From Candidatus Pacearchaeota archaeon (GTDB lineage: Archaea > Nanobdellota > Nanobdellia > Pacearchaeales > GW2011-AR1), in assembly GCA_016784085.1 (NCBI GenBank), contig JADHVH010000006.1:1-25600 (forward strand): a DNA stretch of 25,600 nucleotides. Direction: 5' to 3'. Positions within the stretch are counted from its first letter, which is position 1. Every line of letters starts with the position of its first letter. Made by a program: the position numbers and the translations under genes. The notes under the pieces are model-generated. The model did no database searches and was not told the DNA's origin. It worked only from the letters and a program-made list of their open reading frames with translations. Of the stretch, positions 1 to 8,723 are shown piece by piece.

Positions 1-2
1 GA

Positions 3-218
3 AAAAAGAAAGGAAAAACTTTCAAGATTAGAGAATGTCCTAAATGTAATTCAGATGAAGTTGGACTTGTATTAAGTAATAGCGATTCTGAAACAGGTGG
101 TGGAAAAGACTGGGAATGTAGGAAATGTAAATGGAAAGGTCAGGATGTAAATAAAAAAGAATTAACAGAAGAAGAATTTATGAAATATTTAGATGAAAAA
201 GGAGAGGAAGTAGCATAA
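3..218 (+). CDS. small zinc-ribbon protein, C-terminal part (5' end outside window)
   Basis: Frame 3 is open from the window edge to TAA at 216-218. Translation ...KIRECPKCNSDEVGLVLSNSDSETGGGKDWECRKCKWKGQDVNKKELTEEEFMKYLDEKGEEVA carries two CxxC pairs (CPKC, CRKC). It is absent from the ORF track because it has no in-window start. Confidence 0.45.
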   Translation, partial: KKKGKTFKIRECPKCNSDEVGLVLSNSDSETGGGKDWECRKCKWKGQDVNKKELTEEEFMKYLDEKGEEVA

Positions 219-252
219 TAATCTTTTAAAAAAAGATAGACAAAAAAATCAA

Positions 253-489
253 ATGGAAGAAAATTTTGAAAATGAAAATTTTGAAACAGAAGAAACTGAA
301 GATAAAGAAGTTGAAATGATGGAATTTAGTTTAAATTCAGATGAAATTGATGATCTTATTGTTAAATTAGTAACTTTGAAACAAACAAGGGAATCATTTA
401 ATTTTGAAGTTGATGATGAAAACGAATTTACTGTAAGTTATGAAGATGATAATGAAGATTCAGAAGAAGGAGAAGAAGAAAATGAGTGA
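253..489 (+). CDS. hypothetical, extremely acidic small protein (78 aa)
   Basis: ORF track. D/E-rich at both ends (MEENFENENFETEETEDKE..., ...YEDDNEDSEEGEEENE) with a short helical-looking core (IDDLIVKLVTLKQ). Its TGA overlaps the ATG of the next ORF. No family recognised. Confidence 0.5.
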   Translation: MEENFENENFETEETEDKEVEMMEFSLNSDEIDDLIVKLVTLKQTRESFNFEVDDENEFTVSYEDDNEDSEEGEEENE

Positions 490-646
490 ATTAGGACAGA
501 TTACTTTAGATCTAAGTTCTGTTTGCCCATCTTGTCATGAAGGGAATCCTGTAGAGGATAATATTGTAGATAGTGGTACTGATTTTGTTTTCTATAGATA
601 TGTTTGTAGTAATAAAGAAAAATGTAATCATGAAGGAAATTCTTGA
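482..646 (+). CDS. hypothetical small Cys-rich (zinc-ribbon-like) protein, 54 aa
   Basis: The in-frame ATG at 482 overlaps the upstream stop (487-489). This start is preferred over the track start at 440, which lies inside the upstream gene. MSELGQITLDLSSVCPSCHEG...YVCSNKEKCNHEGNS has CxxC plus Cx5CxH. Confidence 0.45.
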   Translation: MSELGQITLDLSSVCPSCHEGNPVEDNIVDSGTDFVFYRYVCSNKEKCNHEGNS

Positions 647-790
647 ATGATGAGGTTTGGAGGGGGTCACGGAAAAGCAATATTAGAATGGAATGGAGAG
701 AAAAATTATACAGATAAACAAATGTTAGAAGCTGATAGAAATTATTTTGATAATTTAAATAAAGAAATAGAGGTATTATTAAGCGCTTAA
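647..790 (+). CDS. possible small ORF (47 aa), hypothetical
   Basis: ATG at 647 directly follows the previous stop (644-646). TAA at 788-790 lies 2 nt before the gyrA ATG. Translation [47 protein letters not shown]. Supported only by perfect packing between neighbours; below the track length cut-off. Confidence 0.3.
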   Translation: MMRFGGGHGKAILEWNGEKNYTDKQMLEADRNYFDNLNKEIEVLLSA

Positions 791-792
791 AA

Positions 793-3228
793 ATGACTGC
801 AGCAAATGTTAAGCTACCTGAAGAAGAGAAAGGTATGGTAAACACAGAAGTTTCTGGAGAAATGAAAAAATCATATTTAGATTATGCTATGAGTGTTATT
901 GTTTCTAGAGCTTTACCTTCTATTGAAGATGGATTAAAACCTGTTCAACGTAGAATTTTATATGCTATGAACCAAATGGGCCTTAAGCCAAATACTCAGA
1001 CAAAGAAAAGTGCTAGAATTGTAGGGGAAGTTATGGGTAAATATCATCCTCATGGAGATTCTGCAATTTACGAGGCTATGGTTAGAATGGCTCAAGATTT
1101 TTCCTTAAGATATCCTTTAGTTTATGGTCAAGGAAATTTTGGTTCTATTGATGGAGATCGTGCAGCTGCTATGCGTTATAGTGAGGCTAAACTGATGTCA
1201 ATTACTGCAGAATTACTTCAAGATATTGATAAAGATACTGTAAAATTTATTCCTAATTATGATGGTTCTGTAAAAGAACCTCAATTATTAACAGGTAAGT
1301 TTCCTAATCTTGTTTTAAATGGAGCTACAGGTATTGCTGTAGGTATGGCAACAAATATTCCTCCCCATAATTTAACAGAAATTTGTGATGCAATTATTGC
1401 TTATATTAAGAAACCTAAAATAACTATTGAAGAACTTACAGAGATTGTTACTGGACCTGATTTTCCAACTGGTGGAAGTGTTACAGGAGATATGGTTGAT
1501 CTTTATAAAACAGGTAGAGGAAAATTAATAATGAGGGGTAAAACATCTATTGAACAGCTTAAGAAAAAGCAAGCTATTATTATTACTGAAATCCCATATA
1601 TGCTTAATAAAACAACTTTAATTACTCAAATTGCAGATCTTGTACAAAAGAAAAAAATTAGAAATATTTCTGATTTAAGAGATGAATCTTCTAAAGGTAA
1701 AATGAGAATTGTTTTAGAATTAAAAAAAGATTCTGATCCAAAATTTGTTATTAATTCTTTGTATAAATATACTAGATTACAGGATGCTTTCAATGTTAAT
1801 TTTTTAGCTCTTGTTGAAGGCCAACCTAAGATTTTAGCTCTAACAGATGTTTTAGAACAATATGTGAAATATAGAAAAAAAATTATTACTAATAGATCTA
1901 AATATGAACTTAAGAAAGCTCAAGAAAGATTAGAAATTGTAGAAGGATTATTAATTGCTTTGAAAAGTATAGATAAAATTATTGCAATGATTAAAAAATC
2001 TAAAAATGCAACAGAAGCTTTAGAAAATTTAGTTAAGAATTTTAAACTAACTCATAGGCAAGCTCAAGCTGTTTTAGATACAAAACTTCAACAATTAACT
2101 TCTCTTGAACAAGATAAACTAAAGAAGGAACAAAATAGTTTAAAAGAATTAATAAAAGAATTAGAAAAGATTTTAGGAAATATTCAAGAAGTATTAAAAA
2201 TAATTTCTAAAGAAGTTAAAGAAATGAAGACTAAATATGGTGATGCTCGTAAAACAAATGTTCTAAAAAGAGTTTCTGAAATTGTTGAAAAAGATCTTGT
2301 TCAGAAAAAAGAAGTTGTAATTTCCATAACAGATAAAGGATATTGTAAAAGAATAGATATTCAGAGTTATAAAGAACAAAAAAGAGGAGGAAGAGGTGTT
2401 AAAGGAAGTAATTTAACTACAGGAGATTTTGTAAATCAATTAATTACTTGTTCTACTCATGATTATTTATTGTTCTTCACAACACGTGGAAGAATTTTGT
2501 GGTTAAAGGCCTATGATATTCCTTCTGCAGAACGTTATAGTAAAGGTAAGGCAATTATTAATTTATTAAATCTAAAAGATGAACAGGTAACCAATGTTAT
2601 TTCTTTAAATAATTTTGAAGATAGTTTATTTATGGCTACAAAGAAAGGAATAGTCAAAAGAATTTCTTTAAAACATTTTTCAAAACCAAGAGCTTCAGGA
2701 GTTAAGGCAATTAATTTACCCACAGATAATTCAGATAATTTAATTGGAGTTAAGTTGATTAAAAAAGATCAAGAAGTTTTAATTGCAACTAAAAAAGGAA
2801 AAGCAATTAGATTTGGGGCAGGAGATGTTAGAGAAATGGGTCGTGCTAGTTATGGAGTCACAGGAATTAAAATGGATAAAGGAGATGAAGTTGTAAGTCT
2901 TGAAATTTTAGATACAGAAGCTATTGTAACTATTTCTGAAAAAGGTTATGGAAAAAGATCTTCTATTAAAGACTATAGGAAGACTTCTAGAGCTGGAAAA
3001 GGAGTTATTAATATGAAGGTTACTGAAAAAACAGGAAATGTAATTACAACTGTTTCAGTTAATGAAGAAGATAATATAATTATTACAACAGCTAAAGGAA
3101 TTGTCATAAGAACTTCTCTAAAGAATATTAGAATTATGGGTCGAGCTGCTCAAGGTGTTAAAATAGTTAAACTTCAACAAGGAGATTCTGTTACAGATTT
3201 AATTAAAGTTGAAGAAGATTCAGATTAA
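793..3228 (+). CDS. gyrA: DNA gyrase subunit A
   Basis: 811 aa. Hallmark type IIA topoisomerase A motifs: [55 protein letters not shown], and the catalytic Tyr in [10 protein letters not shown]. GyrA-box-like [10 protein letters not shown] opens the C-terminal domain, which has repeated beta-pinwheel blades ([22 protein letters not shown]). Confidence 0.95.
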   Translation: MTAANVKLPEEEKGMVNTEVSGEMKKSYLDYAMSVIVSRALPSIEDGLKPVQRRILYAMNQMGLKPNTQTKKSARIVGEVMGKYHPHGDSAIYEAMVRMAQDFSLRYPLVYGQGNFGSIDGDRAAAMRYSEAKLMSITAELLQDIDKDTVKFIPNYDGSVKEPQLLTGKFPNLVLNGATGIAVGMATNIPPHNLTEICDAIIAYIKKPKITIEELTEIVTGPDFPTGGSVTGDMVDLYKTGRGKLIMRGKTSIEQLKKKQAIIITEIPYMLNKTTLITQIADLVQKKKIRNISDLRDESSKGKMRIVLELKKDSDPKFVINSLYKYTRLQDAFNVNFLALVEGQPKILALTDVLEQYVKYRKKIITNRSKYELKKAQERLEIVEGLLIALKSIDKIIAMIKKSKNATEALENLVKNFKLTHRQAQAVLDTKLQQLTSLEQDKLKKEQNSLKELIKELEKILGNIQEVLKIISKEVKEMKTKYGDARKTNVLKRVSEIVEKDLVQKKEVVISITDKGYCKRIDIQSYKEQKRGGRGVKGSNLTTGDFVNQLITCSTHDYLLFFTTRGRILWLKAYDIPSAERYSKGKAIINLLNLKDEQVTNVISLNNFEDSLFMATKKGIVKRISLKHFSKPRASGVKAINLPTDNSDNLIGVKLIKKDQEVLIATKKGKAIRFGAGDVREMGRASYGVTGIKMDKGDEVVSLEILDTEAIVTISEKGYGKRSSIKDYRKTSRAGKGVINMKVTEKTGNVITTVSVNEEDNIIITTAKGIVIRTSLKNIRIMGRAAQGVKIVKLQQGDSVTDLIKVEEDSD

Positions 3229-3446
3229 TTTTTATCTAAATTAATTTTACCATATGATGAATGAGTATCAAAATAGTTCCAATTAATTTTAAAAAATAAT
3301 AATATCATTAGTGCAAATAATCCAAATAAAATCCATCCCTTTAGATACATTTTTCTCATAAAAAATTCTAAAGAAGTTACAAATATTATTAGGCCTGCTG
3401 TGATTGTAAATATATTTGGAAATAAATTGCCTTTTAAAATACTCAT
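3225..3446 (-). CDS. hypothetical small membrane protein (73 aa)
   Basis: ORF track. Two hydrophobic segments ([31 protein letters not shown]). Convergent with gyrA and overlaps its stop by 4 nt. No family recognised; could be spurious. Confidence 0.3.
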   Translation of the reverse strand: MSILKGNLFPNIFTITAGLIIFVTSLEFFMRKMYLKGWILFGLFALMILLFFKINWNYFDTHSSYGKINLDKN

Positions 3447-3464
3447 TTTTATCTTTTTTGAAAA

Positions 3465-3537
3465 TGGGCCTGGAGAGAATCGAACTCCCGTCGTCCGGGT
3501 TGGAGCCGGATATAATAAGCCATTATACGACAGACCC
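3465..3537 (-). tRNA. tRNA-Trp (anticodon CCA), no intron, CCA not encoded
   Basis: Reverse complement GGGTCTGTCGTATAATGGCTTATTATATCCGGCTCCAACCCGGACGACGGGAGTTCGATTCTCTCCAGGCCC(A). Acceptor stem is 7 bp (GGGTCTG/CAGGCCC, one G-U). Anticodon stem TCCGG/CCGGA with loop CT-CCA-AC. T arm GGGAG-TTCGATT-CTCTC. The D stem is weak (3 pairs incl. G-U). Confidence 0.8.
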
Positions 3538-3565
3538 TTATTGATATATAAGAAATATTTGTTTT

Positions 3566-4235
3566 TTAATTGTTTCTCATTTTATTTTTTATTGATTTAA
3601 TTAATATTTTTTGAGTGTCCAATATATGGCTATCTTTTTCAATTAAATTTGCTAGATCTGTGCATGCAAGCAATATTTTTTCAGCACCTTGATTTCTCAT
3701 TTTCATTATTATCTTTTTTAGATATTCCTTATCTTTATTTGAACTTTTTTGAGCGATTATTTTTATAATTATTTTAGATATAATTTTCTGTTCATTTTCA
3801 TTAGGGTAGATTATTTTTGTTTTAGAAATTAATTTATTATATAATTTTGAGTTTTTTGTTTTAGAGGTAGATAATATTCCAATTTTTCTATATTTTTTTA
3901 ATTTTATTTCTTTTGCAGTTTCTTCTGTAAGATCTAAAATTTCTAATTTTGTTTGGTTTCTTAAATAAGGAAGTAAATTATGGAGAGTATTACATGGAAG
4001 CACAATAAAATCTGAATTAGCTTTTTCTAATTGTCTTATTGATTTTATTAAATAGGGATTCATTAAAGAGCAATTTTTTGATTTAGAAATGATGTTTTTT
4101 TCTATAATTTTGGGAAAAGAAACATTAGAAATTAAAATGCCAGGGATACTCCTGGGAGCTTTGCATAGCTATATCTAGGTAGATCTTTGCTGTTGTTTCT
4201 GGACCTAAGCCCCCTAAAATTCCTGGAATTTTCAT
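3566..4235 (-). pseudogene. aspartate/glutamate racemase family gene interrupted by a frameshift
   Basis: The 165-aa ORF (3566-4063) has the family motifs FIVLPCNTLH and LLACTDL. The expected N-terminus MKIPGILGGLGPETTAKIYLDIA... is in a different frame (ATG 4233-4235, stop 4125-4127). The downstream frame is open up to a stop at 4169-4171 (..KAPRSIPGILISNVSFPKIIEK..). One indel near 4150-4170 would restore a ~220-aa protein. Confidence 0.6.
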
Positions 4236-4272
4236 ATTAAAATAAATAAATTAGTGTTTTTAAGCTTTGTTT

Positions 4273-4956
4273 TTAGCCTATTCTTTTAATAGCTTCAATT
4301 TCATCACTGGAAATAGCACAACCTTTGAACTTCATAGCATATAAAAGTGCATCAAGAACTTGGCCATTTTTTAAATTTACTAGGCCTTTTTTGTAAGCTA
4401 CATAGGCTAATTCTGTAGATCTAATAAATTTGATATTTTGAAATATTTTTTGTTTTTCTTCATTAAAAGTTAGTTTAGTGTGTAGTTTTTGTTCTAGAAA
4501 TTTTTTGAGACTTTGAGGCCCTTCTACAATTGATCTGGTGGTTCTTTCATCAATTGCAATTACATTTTTTATCCCCTTTTCACTCAATATATTACTTAAT
4601 GCTAGACAGGAAGCTTCTCCTATTTCAATTAAATGAATTCCTCCTTTTTGGCCAGAATAAACATTATTTGCAATATCTAAATATTCTTGAGTTTTTCTTC
4701 TTAATTCTTTTGAGTTAACACTATTTTTAGAAGCTAATTCCAATATTCCTTCCTCTAAAAGTTGTTTTAATTTTAAAGCTTCTAATTCAAATCGTTTTAT
4801 TTTAAGAGGTTTATCAATTATTTCCATTTTAACTTCTTCAGGAATTAGAAATTTTCCTTTAAAGATTGATTTTAATTTTACAATAAGATCTAACATCCCA
4901 TTCATACTAAAACTAATCAAAGTTCCAGAATCAAATATTATTGCTTTTTCAGTCAT
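4273..4956 (-). CDS. hypothetical protein, possibly PIN-like nuclease fold
   Basis: 227 aa. Acidic residues are placed as in PIN domains: N-terminal IIFDSGTLISF, central EIGEASCLAL, then VIAIDERTTR. The start overlaps the stop of the upstream methyltransferase by 4 nt. Assignment is by eye only. Confidence 0.4.
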   Translation of the reverse strand: MTEKAIIFDSGTLISFSMNGMLDLIVKLKSIFKGKFLIPEEVKMEIIDKPLKIKRFELEALKLKQLLEEGILELASKNSVNSKELRRKTQEYLDIANNVYSGQKGGIHLIEIGEASCLALSNILSEKGIKNVIAIDERTTRSIVEGPQSLKKFLEQKLHTKLTFNEEKQKIFQNIKFIRSTELAYVAYKKGLVNLKNGQVLDALLYAMKFKGCAISSDEIEAIKRIG

Positions 4957-5693
4957 TTTATTTTCCTCGCTTTTATCAATAGAAATGTTGGCCTTTGATT
5001 AGAAAGAGAATATAATTTCTTATTGAATTTTTCTGCTTTTTTTGGAGCTGTTGGTTCTAATAATTTTTCTACAATAAATCCATTTTTATTCAAAGCATCA
5101 AATATCATTTCAAAAGTATGGTGATATGCTATCATTTTTTTCATTTTTGGCCCAAGATCCCAATAATATTTTTGGTTATGAAAATAATTTTTAAATACTC
5201 TTATTTTTTTCCCAGAGATATTTTCTCTATGAACTACATCATAAACAGGATGATGCATAGAAAAAACAAACAATCCATTTTTCTTTAAAATTCTTGAGAC
5301 TTCTTTAAAAAGAGAATTTAAATTTTGAAGATAATGGACCATTAAACTGCTATTTATTACATGAAATTGAGATTTTTTAAAGGAGGTTTTTCTAGAATCT
5401 CCAATATAAAAATTTATTTCTGGATTTTCTTTTTTTGCAATTTGAATTAAATTTGGAGATAAATCTGAACCTATAATTTCTTTTGCTCCTAAAGAGAAAA
5501 TCTTTTTTGTAAAAAACCCTGTTCCGCAGCCCAAATCTAAAACTATTTTTCCTTTAATTTCATTTTTTAATAATTTTAACATAGCTGGTTTTTCAATAAA
5601 CCTATGGTGAGTATTTTTTTTACTTGTCACATAATCATGATAATGTTCTGAAAATTTATCATATATTTCTCTGGTATGTTTAATATCAGTCAT
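4953..5693 (-). CDS. class I SAM-dependent methyltransferase
   Basis: 246 aa. Motif I VLDLGCGTGFFTKK, post-I acidic residue (IIGSDLS), and motifs II/III-like (INSSLMVHYL, LKKNGLFVFS). Substrate unknown. Confidence 0.8.
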   Translation of the reverse strand: MTDIKHTREIYDKFSEHYHDYVTSKKNTHHRFIEKPAMLKLLKNEIKGKIVLDLGCGTGFFTKKIFSLGAKEIIGSDLSPNLIQIAKKENPEINFYIGDSRKTSFKKSQFHVINSSLMVHYLQNLNSLFKEVSRILKKNGLFVFSMHHPVYDVVHRENISGKKIRVFKNYFHNQKYYWDLGPKMKKMIAYHHTFEMIFDALNKNGFIVEKLLEPTAPKKAEKFNKKLYSLSNQRPTFLLIKARKIK

Positions 5694-6250
5694 GTAAACA
5701 TCTCCATAGCTAAATTTATTCTTGATTTAATATCTAGAGTTTGTGTTTGAGAAGAGGTTGTCATTTCTTTTTGGCCAGTATAACTTGCAAGTTCAAATAA
5801 ACTAACTCCTAAAAGTTTTGCTGTCTTTTCCATAGATAGGCCATGGTCATATATTTTAGAGGCTTTGTTTAAACTAGCTTTTCTAAAAACATCTTGAATA
5901 TATTGCTTTATTTTTCCTGAAACTTTATTTATAGCATTTCTCATATTTTCTAAATTTTTATTTAGAGAATTATCATCTTTTTTTTCTAAAGCATTTATTA
6001 CATTGTTTAATCCAGTAATATATATTTTATAGAAATTATTCCATCCAGATAGATTTTTATAACCTGGTCTTCCAATAACTTTACTTAAAGAATATATTAA
6101 AACAGCAACAGTGATATTATCTGGATCTTGAGTTAATGAAGCAGTGTTTATTGTTTGATCACTTAAATGTTTTATTTTAATTGCATCACCTGTTTCAATT
6201 GCTTTTTTTGTTTCTTGAAATATTCTAAGAACATTCTCTTTTTCTTGCAT
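5690..6250 (-). CDS. hypothetical protein with possible C-terminal helix-turn-helix
   Basis: 186 aa, helical-looking. The C-terminal segment LSMEKTAKLLGVSLFELASYTG resembles an HTH. It is the first gene of three with 4-nt overlaps. No family recognised. Confidence 0.5.
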   Translation of the reverse strand: MQEKENVLRIFQETKKAIETGDAIKIKHLSDQTINTASLTQDPDNITVAVLIYSLSKVIGRPGYKNLSGWNNFYKIYITGLNNVINALEKKDDNSLNKNLENMRNAINKVSGKIKQYIQDVFRKASLNKASKIYDHGLSMEKTAKLLGVSLFELASYTGQKEMTTSSQTQTLDIKSRINLAMEMFT

Positions 6251-6330
6251 ATTTATATTTAGAAACTTTGATTAATAAATGTTAAGTTTAATGCAATAAT
6301 TTTTATAAATGTTCTTTTTCTTAAATTTTT

Positions 6331-6690
6331 ATGGGGTTTACAGATTATGTTAGAAGATTTTTTCCAGAAAAAGAAAAAATTTCCTTATTTTTATTAAGAG
6401 AAAAATTATCTACCTTACCAGAAGAGACTAGATTTAATATAAATATAATAAAGACAGAAGGACCTAGAGAAAATGAAAAAGGGATCGGAGTTAAAAATTT
6501 ATTATTTAAATTAGATACTTTTTGTTTGAGCAATGATAATTTAGAAATTTTTTCTAAAACTTATATTGGAAATAGGCAAATTTTTAGTATTGATAAAAGT
6601 TATACCCCTCCTACAGATTGGGATGGAAAACCTGTTTGGACCAGTGTTTTTAAACTACATGATTTTTTTGATATAAGTTATTCTTTATAA
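6331..6690 (+). CDS. hypothetical protein (119 aa)
   Basis: ORF track. Divergent from the 5690-6250 gene across an 80-nt AT-rich spacer. No motif recognised. Confidence 0.45.
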   Translation: MGFTDYVRRFFPEKEKISLFLLREKLSTLPEETRFNINIIKTEGPRENEKGIGVKNLLFKLDTFCLSNDNLEIFSKTYIGNRQIFSIDKSYTPPTDWDGKPVWTSVFKLHDFFDISYSL

Positions 6691-6726
6691 GGCAATATAT
6701 TTAAAGATTAAGATTTTTAACATAAT

Positions 6727-7095
6727 ATGAAGAAAGCAATTTTAGATACAAGCTTTATTTTAACCTGTGTAAAACAAAAAATAGATTTTTTTGAAGAATT
6801 TATTTTAATGGGAATTCAAGTTCTTATTCCAGATCAAGTTATTAAAGAAATTCAAGGTATTGCAAATGGAAATCCCTCCAGAAAAAGTGAAGATGCAAGA
6901 TTAACTTTAGAAATTTTAGATAAAAATAAATTTAAAAAATTTGATCTAAGATTAAAAAATGTTGATAAAGGAATTATTAATTTTGCAGATAAAAATTCAG
7001 AGATTTATGTAGCCACATTAGATAGGGAAATTAAAAATAAATCAAATAATTCTAAGATAGTGATTAGAGAGAAAAAGAGATTAGAAATTATTTAG
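6727..7095 (+). CDS. PIN-domain protein, Fcf1/Utp24-like
   Basis: 122 aa. N-terminal AILDTSFIL (first PIN Asp), VLIPDQVIKEI, and YVATLDREIKNK resembling the Fcf1-type xATxDxxLr motif. Confidence 0.6.
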   Translation: MKKAILDTSFILTCVKQKIDFFEEFILMGIQVLIPDQVIKEIQGIANGNPSRKSEDARLTLEILDKNKFKKFDLRLKNVDKGIINFADKNSEIYVATLDREIKNKSNNSKIVIREKKRLEII

Positions 7096-7363
7096 AGATC
7101 ATTGGTTGAACATATGTTTCTGAAAGACTTAAATGAATAGCTGTTACTATTTTTTCAGAGTTTTGAAATTCTAGTATTGGTAGTGAAATATCTACCCTTC
7201 CTTCTATTGAACCTTTTTTGTAAACAATTGCCTTTCCTTTTTTAAAAGGATATGGGAGTGTAGTTCCATTTGAATTTAGAACTCCTATTTTTTCTCCATT
7301 ATGAATTCCTTCTTTTTTAATTTTATTTAGATATTGTACCACTAAACTATAATTTGTTTCCAT
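7088..7363 (-). CDS. hypothetical protein (91 aa)
   Basis: ORF track. Convergent with the PIN gene, with an 8-nt 3' overlap. No motif recognised. Confidence 0.4.
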   Translation of the reverse strand: METNYSLVVQYLNKIKKEGIHNGEKIGVLNSNGTTLPYPFKKGKAIVYKKGSIEGRVDISLPILEFQNSEKIVTAIHLSLSETYVQPMISK

Positions 7364-7411
7364 AATAATATTTCAAATTTTTAGTTTAAAATCTTTTCTA
7401 TGCCCCATGAC

Positions 7412-7424
7412 AACCTTTTTAAAG
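7412..7424 (+). promoter_or_regulatory. putative archaeal TATA box for the rpo7 operon
   Basis: AACCTTTTTAAAG ends ~30 nt upstream of the ATG at 7453. That spacing fits a TATA box about 25-30 nt before a near-leaderless transcription start. AT-rich background makes chance matches likely. Confidence 0.3.
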
Positions 7425-7452
7425 CAAATCTTACTATTTTCTTCAGATTAAA

Positions 7453-8046
7453 ATGTTCTATATTACAGAGGTTGAAGATCATATTAGAGTAGAGCCAAAA
7501 TTATTTGGTTTACCTACTTCTAAAGCTGTTGATCAACAACTAAAAGAAACATATGCAGATTATTATGATAGAGAACTTGGAAAGGTTCTTGAAGTACTAG
7601 AAGTAACAGAAGTTGGAGAAGGAGTGATTATCCCTGGAGATGGAGCTGCCTATTATAAATCTACTTTTAAACTATTAGTTTGGAAACCAGAATTACAGGA
7701 ATTAGTTAATGGTTTAATTTCAGAAATAACTGATTTTGGAGCTTTCATAGATATGGGTGCGATGAGAGGAATGATCCATATTAGTCAAACAATGGATGAT
7801 TATGTTAGTTTTAGTAAATCAAATTCTTTACTTGGAAAATCTACTAATAGGAGTTTGAAGGTTGGAGATTCCTGTATGGCTAGAATTGTAGCTTTGAGTC
7901 ATAAAGGAGATCTTTTAAAAATAGGATTAACAATGAGACAACCAGGTCTTGGAAAACTTGACTGGATTAAAGAAGATCAACTTAAAAAACAAAAAGATGC
8001 TCAAAAAGCATTAAAGGCAGAAGAAAAATCTGTTAAGAAAAAATAA
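7453..8046 (+). CDS. rpoE: DNA-directed RNA polymerase subunit Rpo7 (E')
   Basis: 197 aa. N-terminal MFYITEVEDHIRVEPKLFG and an S1 domain (GLISEITDFGAFIDMGAMRGMIHISQ). It sits in the conserved archaeal order rpo7-spt4-rps24e-rps27ae. Lys-rich C-terminal tail. Confidence 0.9.
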   Translation: MFYITEVEDHIRVEPKLFGLPTSKAVDQQLKETYADYYDRELGKVLEVLEVTEVGEGVIIPGDGAAYYKSTFKLLVWKPELQELVNGLISEITDFGAFIDMGAMRGMIHISQTMDDYVSFSKSNSLLGKSTNRSLKVGDSCMARIVALSHKGDLLKIGLTMRQPGLGKLDWIKEDQLKKQKDAQKALKAEEKSVKKK

Positions 8047-8047
8047 A

Positions 8048-8239
8048 ATGGCAAAATCAAAAGCATGTAAAGTATGCAATAAAATATATGAAACAGGAGA
8101 CAAATGTCCTAACTGTGATGCTAAAGAATCTACAGAAGGATTTAAGGGAAGAATAGTTATTTTAAATCCTGAAAAATCTGAAATTGCTCAAAAAATAGGA
8201 CTTAAAAAAGAAGGCAATTTTGCAATCAAAACTCGTTAA
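8048..8239 (+). CDS. spt4: transcription elongation factor Spt4 (RpoE'')
   Basis: 63 aa. Zinc ribbon CKVC...CPNC followed by GRIVILNPEKSEIAQKIG. Its position immediately after rpo7 is the conserved archaeal arrangement. Confidence 0.85.
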   Translation: MAKSKACKVCNKIYETGDKCPNCDAKESTEGFKGRIVILNPEKSEIAQKIGLKKEGNFAIKTR

Positions 8240-8240
8240 A

Positions 8241-8723
8241 ATGAAAAATTTTAAAATTATATCTGAAAATAGAAATCCTTTATTTAAGAGGAAAGAAGTA
8301 GAAGCAAGTGTAGAATCAGAAATAACTCCTGGAAGATATGATGTTAAAATAGCTCTTTCAAAAGAACTTAAAGTTTCTGAAGATCAAGTTAAAATTAAAA
8401 ATGTTCTTGGAAAATATGGTTCTAAAGTTTTTGATATTAGTGCTAATGTTTATGATACTGTAGAAGATAGGGATTATACAGAGCCTAAGACAACTAAAGA
8501 AAAGAAAGATGAAGAACAGGCTAAAGTTACTGAAGAAAAGGCTCAGGAAGCTGCTAAAGTTGAAGAAAAAGCATCTGAAACATCTGCTGAGGCCCCTAAA
8601 GAAGCTACAAATGTAGAAACTCCTGTAGAACAACCTTCTGAAGCTGCTCCTGTAGAAGCACCAAAGGAAGAAGCTGCTCCTGTAAAAGTTCCTGCAGAAC
8701 AACCTGTGGAGGCTAGTGCATAA
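8241..8723 (+). CDS. rps24e: ribosomal protein eS24 (S24e) with long low-complexity C-terminal extension
   Basis: The ATG at 8241 directly follows the spt4 stop; the track start at 8220 overlaps spt4. MKNFKIISENRNPLFKRKEVEASVE...TPGRYDVKIALSKELKV...VKIKNVLGKYGS matches the eS24 pattern. About 75 extra E/A/K/P/V-rich residues follow. Confidence 0.85.
   Translation: MKNFKIISENRNPLFKRKEVEASVESEITPGRYDVKIALSKELKVSEDQVKIKNVLGKYGSKVFDISANVYDTVEDRDYTEPKTTKEKKDEEQAKVTEEKAQEAAKVEEKASETSAEAPKEATNVETPVEQPSEAAPVEAPKEEAAPVKVPAEQPVEASA

Noticed and set aside
501-845. 114-aa minus-strand ORF crossing the small + strand genes and the gyrA start
   Set aside because: It is antisense to three tightly packed + strand ORFs and to the gyrA N-terminus. 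The product is an F/L/Y/I/N-rich translation typical of AT-rich antisense sequence.
2535-2723. Short antisense ORFs inside well-supported genes (2535-2723, 4530-4718, 6345-6533, 13595-13804, 14310-14537, 16763-16990, 20103-20285)
   Set aside because: All are 60-75 aa and lie wholly within longer ORFs that have recognisable motifs or better context. Their composition is typical of AT-rich antisense reading.
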